A DNA stretch of 63,646 nt, the filler included, from Chrysochromulina tobinii (taxonomy: Eukaryota): the NCBI GenBank assembly GCA_001275005.1. It is 4 parts of 4 records of this genome, joined end to end, with 100 filler letters (N's around TTAATTAATTAA, not from the genome) between each part and the next. Parts side by side here need not be neighbours in the genome. Positions count along the whole stretch, not along the records: positions 49,075 to 63,646 come from JWZX01000767.1; 3 more parts are not named here. One strand, given 5' to 3'. Position numbers and translations under genes: made by a program. Position 1 is the first letter of the stretch, and every line of letters begins with the position of its first letter. The notes under the pieces were generated by a model. It had not been told where the DNA came from, ran no database searches, and worked only from the letters and a program-made list of their open reading frames with translations. Positions 55,130 through 63,646 of the stretch are shown piece by piece.

Positions 55130-58100
55130 ACGTCCTCCGTGAACTCGCCCTCTTTATAAATGTTGGCCGCGCGGCGCCCCCTCTTCGCCAGAGCGGGGGT
55201 GCGCTCGGAGCCGCCCTCAGACGAGCCGCCCATGAGGCGCCGAGCGCCATCAGCCGCCGAGAGCTCGAGCCCGGGCACATACTCGGGCTCCCGGAGCTCG
55301 GGCTCGAGATCCTCGAGCAGCGACCAGATGTTGGCTGGGATGCCGCCGGTCACGCGGCGCGCGAGCATCGCGGTGCTGCTCGAGCTGCCCACGCCACCGC
55401 CGCCGCCGAGCGCCCCACTCTCGGATAGGGCGCCGCGCAGCCTGTCACCCGCACTCGAGAGCCGATAGGCAGCGGGAAGTGGCCGACTGAGGTTGAGGAG
55501 CGAAGCCGAGGGGAGTACGGCGGCCCGGCACGACGAGAGCTGTGCAAAGTGCCCAGTGCCGCAGTAGCCTTCGCGCTCGAAGATCACCTCGCACTGCGTG
55601 CCCTGCACGGCCACCACGATGCCGCGCTCACCAAAGGGCACCGCACCTGACGCACGAATGTACACCACGTGCTCTCCGGGAGCATGCGTCGTCGAGATCC
55701 CTCCGAGATGCACGCCCGCGTCCGTTGGGCGCAGCACCGCGCGCGGCGGCACGGTGAGCGACACGAGCGGCGGTGGCGGCGCGGCCGCGGCCGCCGCGGC
55801 GGTGGCGATCATCGACTGCTCAGCAAGCTGTACGGACTCGATAGACAAGCGGAGCATGTCAGCGGGCACGAGACGCGCCGTGCGCACCCCGCTCGCCTCG
55901 AGGAACGCCATCACGTCCGCGAGCCGAGTGGCGGGTGTCTCGACCTTGAGCGTGCCCGACGCGTCCGGGCGACTTGCTGCCGCGGGTCCCCATCCAGCGT
56001 CGTCGGACCCCTGGAAGCTTGAGGGCGGAAAGACCTCCTCGAGCTCATACACGTCCTCGGTCGGCTTCTGCTCAAGGAGCGAGAAGAGGGTGGGGAAGGC
56101 GGCGCGGTACGCTCGCAGCGTGCGCTCGGAGAGCGACGAGTACTCCCAAGACTCGCGCGCCTCAAAGCCCTCCCGCGGCTCGAAACCGCTCCGCTCCTGC
56201 GACTTTTTGTTGTCGGCGGCCGAGCGCAGCCGCACCCAGCCGACAGCGACGAGCCGTTGGCGGCGGGACTTGAGGCCGAGACCCACCTCGTGCTCGACGC
56301 GCTTTCCCCGTGCGTCGACCTCGGTGCCCACGATCTTGACGCTGCTCGCGATCCGCGAGAGCACAATTGGCGGCAGCGAGAGCCGTTGCGCCAGATCGCG
56401 CTCCGATTGGCCGCGCTCGGGTGCCACGCTTGGCAGCGTCGGCAGCGGCGGGCGCGGGCGCACCCTGAGCTCCACGGTGGTCGGCGCCACTGGCGGCGCG
56501 ACCACCGAAGGCTGACGAGGTGCCGGCGTGGGCAGCCCGACCGGCGTGTACGCTTCCGCAGTCCGCAGCGACGCCTGCTTCGCCCATTCAATCTGCTCCT
56601 CCTCGGAGGCCAACGCTCCGGGCGGTGGCAGCGACGCGGCCGCTTCGGCCACCGCACGCTCGGCGGCCAGCAGCTCGGCGGCCGCGCGCTCTGCCGCCTC
56701 GACGATCGCCATAGCGGCCGCCGCCTCCTCGTCCATCTCCATAGGCACCGGCGCCTCGGCTGCGCGCGCCGTCTCGGGCGTCGTCACCTTCTCGACCACG
56801 CCCACGCATCCCGCATACGGGCCCTCGAGCACCAGCACACGCGAGCCCGCGGCCACACGCGAGGCGGCGGCTCCCTTGGCGGCGCTCGCCATCTCGGCGG
56901 TCCCGTGCGGCGTCGAGGGCTGCACAAGCTGCGCCGGCAGCGGCTCGGGCTCCCGTGACCAGCGGCGCACAAGGGAGCCGTCAGGTAGGCGCGTGTGCCC
57001 GAGCGCGCGCACCACGTACAGCACGAAGGAGATCGTGCCGCAGTCGATCGCCGCCTTGGATCGCATCGCCTCCGCAAGCTCGGCCTGCAACTGCTTCCAC
57101 TCGCTCGGATGCACATCGCAGCGGGAGAGGGCGCCGCGCCGGTCGCGCCAGCATCGCTCGTGCGGGCCAGTGACGCAGACCACGCGCGCCTCCGTCGCGT
57201 ACGGCCAGTCGATCCACACGGGGGTCTCGCCGAGCAGGTTGGCCGCGAGCGCGTCCACGTGGGACGCGCCGAGGGCGTGCGCGCCAGGCAGCTCGAGCAC
57301 CCATGAGAGGCCACGTGAGACCACGCCCAGGCAGCCTAGGGAAAGGGCCGCCTTCTCCAGACGCATCGAGAAGGGTACGCGCATCGCGAGCGAGGGCCAG
57401 TTGCGCATGGGCAGGGCGGGCGGGGAGGGCGCGTCGCCCACCGAGCGCGTCGGGTCGGGCGGCGGCGCGCCTCCAATTTGGAGCTCGACTGATCTCGCGG
57501 CCGGCAGTGAGGGCAAGCGGGCCGGCAGCGGCGACGGCACCGGCTGCCGACGGCTCGCGTCGAAGGCGAAGGCGAGCGCTGTGCCGGTCGTATTGCGTTG
57601 CTTCTCGGCGTCCGTCAATGCGCTCGGCGGCAGCGCGCTCGTCACCTTGAGCAATGCGCCGGCGTCAATGAAGGGGATGAGAGCAATGTCGCGCCATTCG
57701 CGGCCTTTTAGGTCTGGCTCGATCGTATACCGATGCGGGAAGAACTTGCGCAGCGGGTGCGTCGTCTCGGGCGCGCTCGCCGAGATGAGTATCTCCGCGT
57801 ACGGCTTGGGCAGTAGCGTCGCAGATGCGGGCGGCAGCACAGACAGGAGCTGCTCAAACGGCCGAAGCGGGCGCGAGGCGGGCCAGGGTGCCGACGCGGT
57901 GGCGGGCGCCAGCTGGAGGAGTGCCGCCACGTCGGTGAGCAGCGGCGCGTGGTGGTACGGAAAGTACCACTGCCACGAGGGGGGTCCGAGCAGATAGTAA
58001 TGGACGACCCAGCGCAGACCGCGCAGCAACGAGGCGCACCAACGAGCGACGTGGCTGGCATTCTCCGCGTCCGTCAGGGGCGGCAGCTCCTCTTCCTCCT

Positions 58101-61100
58101 CGGCGCCTCCACGCATCTTGCCCTCCGATAAGGCCCTATGGACCCGCAAGCGCCCGTCGTAGTAGCTTCGGTGCGCCTCGGCCTCCGCGGGCGTGAATCG
58201 TCCCCAGTGGGAGAGCATGCCCGCGCTCACAGCGCTCAGGTTGCCGCCCGCGTCCGCCTCGGCGTTCGCGTCGGCATTCGCGGGCACAAGCGGTGCAGGC
58301 GCACCGCCGGCAAAGGTCACGGCCACGCGCACCGCGCCAGAGCCAGCCGCGAGCAGCTCCAGCTCCGTCACCACGCCCGAGACGGCGCTGTAGGCCTTGG
58401 GCGGCGGCTTGGGCGGCGGCGGCGGCGGTGGGCCAGCAGGCAACGGAGGGAAGCCGGCCAGCGGCAGCGCCGTGGCCGGCGGTGGGGGGAAGGCCGGCGG
58501 CGGAGGAAAGGCCGTGGTGTGGATGTGAATGGTCGGCGGTGGGCCGGTGGGTGGCGGTTGCGGCATCGGTGGCCGCTGCATCGGTGGCTGCTGCATCGGT
58601 GGCTGCTGCATCGAGGGCGGCGGCGGCAGTGGTTTGGGCGGCGGGCTTGGGTCAGGTGCAAGCCCGAGCAGCCGCTTGAGGGCGTCGCGGCCCGCATCTG
58701 ACGCAGCAGGCTGCTGAAGCCCATAGGCCTCGGGGGGTGGGGGCAGCGGCGCCACCGGCATCATGTACCCACCCATCATCTCGGGGGGGTAGCCAAAGGG
58801 CGAGCCAAAGGGCGGGACCGGCCCAGGGCCAGGAGGGCGATACATTCCGGGTGGGGGCAGCGCCCCGGGTGGGGGCAGCGGGGGCGGCGGCATCGAGAAG
58901 ACTCCACGACCGCGGCCGCGGCCGCCGCCCTCGCCACCGCCCTTGGCAACACCGCCCTTGGCAACACCGCCCTTGCCGCCCTTGCCGTCGCCGCCGCCCC
59001 CCTTGCCGCCGCCACGCCCTCGACCGCCCTGGGCGGGGGGTGGCGCGCCCGGTAGCGACGGGAAGTCCTCAGGCGCCTCAGGCGAGGCAGCCGAGGCCTC
59101 CGTCGCCTCACTGACCTCGTCGGCGCTGCCGGTAAGGAGAGCCGCGAGCCCAGCGCCCACCACGGCGCCTCCCTTGCCCTCGCCGCGGCCCTTGCCGCCC
59201 TTGCCGCCAGCGCCGCCCTTGCCGCCGCCGCCACCCTTGCCACCGCCGCGGCCGCGACTCACCGATGGCGCCCCACTGCCGGGCAGGGAAGGGAATTCGT
59301 CCGCGGCTGTGCCACCTGCGGCACCGCCGCTTCCGCTGCCGCTGACGTTATGCCGACCGGAGGCCGAGGGTGCCGTGGTCGACTTGCTCGGCAAACGCCC
59401 CGGCGTCCTCTTACCACCATCCCTCCTGCCACCGCCGCCACTGCCGCCACCTGCCTCCCCACCGCTATAGTTGCCACTGGATGGCTGTCGACGCCACTTC
59501 GCAAGGTCTAGCCCCACATTGCGCAGGTGATCCTCGCACAGCTCCACCGCCCTTCGCAGCGCTTTGTCCGAGGACGCCTGCACGTGGAGCACCGCCACGG
59601 GAGGCGGCTCGCCCGACCGCGCCGTCGTGGGCGTGTTGGCTGTTGGCGTCGTGTCGGGCGTCGTCTTCGGCGTCGACGGCGCAGGCGATGCCGGCTCGGC
59701 CGCAGGTGCAGCCGCGCCATTCACTGGAGACGCGAGTCGTGGCGGTGCCGGCGTGCATGTCGCCTCGGCCGCCTCCTCCACCGGAGCATCTGGCCTCCGA
59801 GATCCTCCGAGATCCTCCGGAGCATCTGGCCACGAATGCTCCGATGCTCGCTCCTCGTCGAGCCCCTCGCCGCCGCCGCGCTCGCCGGCGCTCCCATTGC
59901 CCAATCGAAGAAAGATGCGCTCGGCTCCGGACTGCTGCATAATGTGGCGCAGGTGGAGGTTGCGCGGCCCTGTGATTCTGCCGGTGAGCCGGAAGCCATG
60001 CGGCACCTCCGTCGGTCGAAACGGCACCTTCGCGCGCAGCCACGTCATATCGCCGCTTGAGCACTTGTCACGTTCCTCCTCGGCGGCCTTGAGCTTGCGT
60101 TGGATGCGCCTCGCATCCTCCAATTTCCCCTGCTTGCTGTAGACAGACATGAGCACCTTACACGTCGACATTGTGTCCTTGTGCCCGAGCGGCGTCACTC
60201 GCTCTCGGATCTGGAGGCACTCGACAGACAGACGCTCCGCCTTCTCATAGTCTCCCTTCTGGCGCGCCAGACTGGCCAGGTTGTGCAGCGTCTGGCCAAC
60301 GCGGTCGGACATGCGCGTGTAGTACACCTCACGGATCGCAAGTGCGCGCTGGTAGAGCCGCTCCGCTGCATCGAGCTCGCCCTTCTGGTAGAAGAGCAGG
60401 TTGCCTAGCAGGTTGTAGCTGCTCGCCGTCTCCGGATGCTCTTCTCCAAAGACGGATTGGCGTATAGCGAGACCGCGCCGCAGAAGCCTCTCCGCCTCCT
60501 CGATCGCCACGCCCGTGCGCCGGCGCGCGAGCAGCACCGAAAAGTTAGAGAGCGACGCGGCGAGCGTCGGGCTCTTCGGCCCCAAGACCTGCTCACGCAC
60601 TGCAATAGCGCGCCGGTAGAGCGCCTCGACAAACGCCTCGGAGCTCGCGGCGCGCGACGTGGCAGCAGCATCGGCCGCGACGAAGCTCAGGCTGCGCTCG
60701 CTCAGGCTGCGCTCGCTCAGACTGCGCTCGCTATTTCCGAAGGACAGGTTGCGCCCGCTCGAGCTCCCGCTTGAAATCGTCATCAGCGACGGGGGCGCTT
60801 CGGCGCTGCCGCCGCCGCTGCCGCTGGCCGGCCGCACACCTTCAAGCACCTTCCCGCGCAACAAGTTGGCCAGGTTGTTGTAAACGGCGGCAGTTAAGGG
60901 ATGCGCGGTGCCCAGCATCGCATGCCGGATGCGGATCGTGTGGATGAAGATGATCTGAGAGGCGCGCGCTAGGCCGCGCCCGTCCAGCGAGACGGCGAGG
61001 AGATTGAGTGCCTCGGACACGAGCTCGTGGTGGGCCGAGGGCGGCGTGAGGCCAACACCCGCGTCGGCGATGAAGCCATGCAGCGCCGCGTCGAAGTCCA

Positions 61101-63646
61101 CTTCCGATGCGAGGTCAACAGAAGAGAGGTTGGCGAGGCCTCGGACGGTTGATGCCGTCGGCCCAGCCCCCTCCTCCAGCGCCGCCGCTTCCTTGCCGCT
61201 GGCCGATGCTGCGCCGCTCGCTGCCGACACCTCGGCCAAGGTCAGCGAAGGTGCACTGGAAGCGTCACGGTGAATTGGCAACGGCGGTGGCTTCGATGGC
61301 GGTGCGATACCCATGTCAGGAAATGGCAGCCCGGCCTCGTATAGGATAGCCGCACCCGCGTCCACGCCTGCAGTGAGGATGATCGCGCGGGCATACTCGG
61401 CGGAGCCGTCCGCACGCCGCTGCTGCTCGCCGTCCACGTACCCGAGCTCGATGCGAAGGCACGCCAAAAGGTGGGCGTTCGGCGTGGTGGGGAGGACGGC
61501 CCTGGCGTGCACCTCTGCGCTTCCTTGTGCGACCGCTGGTACCACCGCGTGGCCACGATCACCATCTGCCGCCGTGCGCTCCGTCGAGGCGTGCCGCTCG
61601 GCGACCTCGAGCGCGTCGAGGATGAGCGAGCGTCGACTGCCCGGGTCGAGTCGGTAGCGTAAGAGCAGCCTGCCACTCGCAAGCAAGCCAGGGAAGGTCT
61701 CGGAAGCATGCTCGCGTGAGACGGCGAGGATCGTCTCGATGTTGTGCCGCTCGTTGTCGAAGGCGGAGAGGGCACCCGCGTCCTCCATGATGCACAGCTG
61801 GGCCTGCACACCGAGCCATCGGGTCCAGTAACGCACCAGCCTCGCGCGCCAGACCGCCTGGGCTGATCGCCCCGCCTCGCCCGCCGACTCCACCACACCC
61901 TGTCCAAACAAGCGGATCAGCTCATGCAGCCGATAGCGCATCGTGCTCTCGGCTGCGCCGGTGCAACTCGAGCCGCCGCCGGCGCCGGTCGCCGCCGACG
62001 CTGACGACAAGGGAGGAACCACCTCGACCATCGAGTCGCTGATCAGCGAGCGCATCGCACGGCCTACCCACCCGACACGATCGGCGGCACTGTCGCCACC
62101 TCCTTCTGCCCAGAGGCTCGTGAGGTTGGTCAGGCTACCGGAGGCGCGGGGCGAGGCGGTAGCGCCGGAGGTGGAGGATGCGGCGGCAGCCGTGGCGTTG
62201 GCATCCGCACAGTTGGCGGCGGCGGCTTCCTCCAGATAACGAAGCAATTGAGCGGGGCCGCCACCATCACCCTCCTCCTCGCCGTCCTCGCCGTCTTCCT
62301 CCTCGTCCTCGTCCTCGCCCTCCTCCCCTTCCTCCTCCTCGCCCGCACCGATGGCCGCCGCGGCGGCTCGCTCGTCGAAGCTCGAGGGGAACTCGCAGAG
62401 CGCGAGGAAGGCGAGCTGGAGGACTGGTGAGAGTGCGTGGAATGAGGAGGCGATGCATGCGTCCACGGAGATATTGCCCGAGGACGCCGCCATCTGCCGA
62501 AACTCGCGCATGCGTCGCGTCTCGGACTCGAGCTTGGCAATCAGCTGATCGGGGCTCACCGCCACTCGTTGTGACGAGAGCGCGCAGCCACACAGGCGCA
62601 GCGCGAGCGGCATGCAGCCGCACAGCTCGGCAATGGAGGCCGCGTGCGTGGGAGGCACGCGCGCCATCGTCTGCAGCAGCGAGATCGCCTCGAGCTCACT
62701 CAGCTGCGGCACCGCGATCGTAAGTGGCTGCTCATCGGGGATGCCGATCTCGCGGCGGCAGGTGAGGAGGAGCTTCACCTTGGGGCAGCGCCGCAGGATC
62801 TTTGACACGAGGTCGGAGAAGCCGGCGGACTGCTCCCCTCCCCCCGTGAGCTCATCACACCTGTCGAGGTACAAAAGCAACTGCTTCGTTGAGAGTGCGC
62901 CGATCACCTCCGCGGCCACGTGAGCCTCGTCCGCCTCGGCGACGCCCGGTAAGCGCAGCGCAAGCGCGATGGCGTACGTGAGCTGCATCGCGGAGGCGAT
63001 GCCTCGCACTTCAGTGTGGAAGACGCCGTCCGGGAACGCATGCCGATGGCGAACGTAGTGGCACACGCTCGAGGCGAGGGCCGTCTTGCCGATGCCGCCC
63101 GCACCCACGAGCACGACGCACCGGCGACGCGTACCCGAAAGTGCCGCGACCGCCTGGTGCATCTGTCGCTGCCTGCCCACGAAGCTCGCCGAAGGGGCTG
63201 GTACATTGGTCACGCAGCGTGCTCGCGTCTTATCGGTGAGCAGGCCGGGTGGCCGTTGAAGGATCACAGCCGACTCGTGGTCGCCATTGCCCAAGAGCAC
63301 AAACTTGCCCGACTCGAGCGCGGCGGGCTTGTGCGAGGTCAGGCGCGGCGGCATGGCGCACACGGCCGCCTGCGCCACGTCGAACGCCTTCTTCACAGAT
63401 TGGCCCACGCTTAGTGCGAGATAGAATTGGCGAGTGAAGGTGATCGCCGCCGCATCGAGCACGAGCGACTGCGAACGCACGCCCACCACATGAGGCACGC
63501 CCGCGCGCACAAACGCCATCGCCGTCGGCTGCGAGTGGCACGCGCACACAAAGACCAGTCGGCATGTACTCTGTGCGTCGCCCGCGAGGCACGTGTCCGC
63601 GAGCAGTTGCGGGCTAAGCGAGTGAGTCGCGCCGCTGCCATCCTCG
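55111..63646 (-). CDS. Giant multidomain protein, 5' truncated by the window: CHAT - STAND/NB-ARC - TPR - KH - Gly/Pro-rich - XRN1 helical/D1-D3/SH3-like
   Basis: Frame stays open to the window end. CHAT EDGSG...RLVFVCACHS...AGVPHVVG...FYLAL; P-loop GAGGIGKT; LLLYLDRCD; CGCMPLALRL; YRLHELIR; kinesin-light-chain-type TPRs; KH GRITGPRN; XRN motifs GLRWVVHYY..GPPSWQWYFPYHHAP, PFEQLLSVLP, IALIPFID; SH3-like VPFGERGIVV...SLLNLS. Confidence 0.88.
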   Translation of the reverse strand, partial: EDGSGATHSLSPQLLADTCLAGDAQSTCRLVFVCACHSQPTAMAFVRAGVPHVVGVRSQSLVLDAAAITFTRQFYLALSVGQSVKKAFDVAQAAVCAMPPRLTSHKPAALESGKFVLLGNGDHESAVILQRPPGLLTDKTRARCVTNVPAPSASFVGRQRQMHQAVAALSGTRRRCVVLVGAGGIGKTALASSVCHYVRHRHAFPDGVFHTEVRGIASAMQLTYAIALALRLPGVAEADEAHVAAEVIGALSTKQLLLYLDRCDELTGGGEQSAGFSDLVSKILRRCPKVKLLLTCRREIGIPDEQPLTIAVPQLSELEAISLLQTMARVPPTHAASIAELCGCMPLALRLCGCALSSQRVAVSPDQLIAKLESETRRMREFRQMAASSGNISVDACIASSFHALSPVLQLAFLALCEFPSSFDERAAAAAIGAGEEEEGEEGEDEDEEEDGEDGEEEGDGGGPAQLLRYLEEAAAANCADANATAAAASSTSGATASPRASGSLTNLTSLWAEGGGDSAADRVGWVGRAMRSLISDSMVEVVPPLSSASAATGAGGGSSCTGAAESTMRYRLHELIRLFGQGVVESAGEAGRSAQAVWRARLVRYWTRWLGVQAQLCIMEDAGALSAFDNERHNIETILAVSREHASETFPGLLASGRLLLRYRLDPGSRRSLILDALEVAERHASTERTAADGDRGHAVVPAVAQGSAEVHARAVLPTTPNAHLLACLRIELGYVDGEQQRRADGSAEYARAIILTAGVDAGAAILYEAGLPFPDMGIAPPSKPPPLPIHRDASSAPSLTLAEVSAASGAASASGKEAAALEEGAGPTASTVRGLANLSSVDLASEVDFDAALHGFIADAGVGLTPPSAHHELVSEALNLLAVSLDGRGLARASQIIFIHTIRIRHAMLGTAHPLTAAVYNNLANLLRGKVLEGVRPASGSGGGSAEAPPSLMTISSGSSSGRNLSFGNSERSLSERSLSERSLSFVAADAAATSRAASSEAFVEALYRRAIAVREQVLGPKSPTLAASLSNFSVLLARRRTGVAIEEAERLLRRGLAIRQSVFGEEHPETASSYNLLGNLLFYQKGELDAAERLYQRALAIREVYYTRMSDRVGQTLHNLASLARQKGDYEKAERLSVECLQIRERVTPLGHKDTMSTCKVLMSVYSKQGKLEDARRIQRKLKAAEEERDKCSSGDMTWLRAKVPFRPTEVPHGFRLTGRITGPRNLHLRHIMQQSGAERIFLRLGNGSAGERGGGEGLDEERASEHSWPDAPEDLGGSRRPDAPVEEAAEATCTPAPPRLASPVNGAAAPAAEPASPAPSTPKTTPDTTPTANTPTTARSGEPPPVAVLHVQASSDKALRRAVELCEDHLRNVGLDLAKWRRQPSSGNYSGGEAGGGSGGGGRRDGGKRTPGRLPSKSTTAPSASGRHNVSGSGSGGAAGGTAADEFPSLPGSGAPSVSRGRGGGKGGGGGKGGAGGKGGKGRGEGKGGAVVGAGLAALLTGSADEVSEATEASAASPEAPEDFPSLPGAPPPAQGGRGRGGGKGGGGDGKGGKGGVAKGGVAKGGGEGGGRGRGRGVFSMPPPPLPPPGALPPPGMYRPPGPGPVPPFGSPFGYPPEMMGGYMMPVAPLPPPPEAYGLQQPAASDAGRDALKRLLGLAPDPSPPPKPLPPPPSMQQPPMQQPPMQRPPMPQPPPTGPPPTIHIHTTAFPPPPAFPPPPATALPLAGFPPLPAGPPPPPPPKPPPKAYSAVSGVVTELELLAAGSGAVRVAVTFAGGAPAPLVPANADANAEADAGGNLSAVSAGMLSHWGRFTPAEAEAHRSYYDGRLRVHRALSEGKMRGGAEEEEELPPLTDAENASHVARWCASLLRGLRWVVHYYLLGPPSWQWYFPYHHAPLLTDVAALLQLAPATASAPWPASRPLRPFEQLLSVLPPASATLLPKPYAEILISASAPETTHPLRKFFPHRYTIEPDLKGREWRDIALIPFIDAGALLKVTSALPPSALTDAEKQRNTTGTALAFAFDASRRQPVPSPLPARLPSLPAARSVELQIGGAPPPDPTRSVGDAPSPPALPMRNWPSLAMRVPFSMRLEKAALSLGCLGVVSRGLSWVLELPGAHALGASHVDALAANLLGETPVWIDWPYATEARVVCVTGPHERCWRDRRGALSRCDVHPSEWKQLQAELAEAMRSKAAIDCGTISFVLYVVRALGHTRLPDGSLVRRWSREPEPLPAQLVQPSTPHGTAEMASAAKGAAASRVAAGSRVLVLEGPYAGCVGVVEKVTTPETARAAEAPVPMEMDEEAAAAMAIVEAAERAAAELLAAERAVAEAAASLPPPGALASEEEQIEWAKQASLRTAEAYTPVGLPTPAPRQPSVVAPPVAPTTVELRVRPRPPLPTLPSVAPERGQSERDLAQRLSLPPIVLSRIASSVKIVGTEVDARGKRVEHEVGLGLKSRRQRLVAVGWVRLRSAADNKKSQERSGFEPREGFEARESWEYSSLSERTLRAYRAAFPTLFSLLEQKPTEDVYELEEVFPPSSFQGSDDAGWGPAAASRPDASGTLKVETPATRLADVMAFLEASGVRTARLVPADMLRLSIESVQLAEQSMIATAAAAAAAPPPPLVSLTVPPRAVLRPTDAGVHLGGISTTHAPGEHVVYIRASGAVPFGERGIVVAVQGTQCEVIFEREGYCGTGHFAQLSSCRAAVLPSASLLNLSRPLPAAYRLSSAGDRLRGALSESGALGGGGGVGSSSSTAMLARRVTGGIPANIWSLLEDLEPELREPEYVPGLELSAADGARRLMGGSSEGGSERTPALAKRGRRAANIYKEGEFTEDVSNLDM

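Noticed and set aside
30403..63646. A defence gene cluster joining the receptor kinase, peptidase and CHAT-STAND gene
   Set aside because: They lie on different contigs or are separated by housekeeping genes, so linkage is unsupported.

Overview
GC-rich, intron-containing eukaryotic genomic DNA; a haptophyte-like alga is inferred from gene content and bipartite plastid-type leaders, not proven. The window is four contigs joined by artificial 100-nt N/TTAATTAATTAA spacers (11619-11718, 30303-30402, 48975-49074), so adjacency across those points is not biological. Recognisable genes: mitochondrial carrier, RING-CH E3 ligase, PLP aminotransferase, degraded HpcH aldolase, HET-like/LRR protein, two SAM methyltransferases, scramblase, ClpB, a beta-tubulin 3' end, an FG-GAP receptor-like kinase, 2OG-Fe oxygenase, RelA/SpoT-type HD protein, leishmanolysin-like peptidase, U2AF1, BRAP2/ETP1, RPS6, RPL17 and an LNR+kringle membrane protein. 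Two things stand out. (1) A family of related introns in unrelated genes: each typically starts with a 14-27 nt copy of the exon that follows it, then carries shared strand-biased modules (TGATTGCC repeats, a TTGCATGCAA palindrome, a pyrimidine-rich CAG end), suggesting an intron-generating mechanism. (2) A single >2,800-codon ORF fusing CHAT protease, STAND/NB-ARC, TPR, KH and the non-catalytic C-terminal part of XRN1, a candidate NLR-like RNA-surveillance sensor. All domain calls are by eye from motifs; no searches were run.
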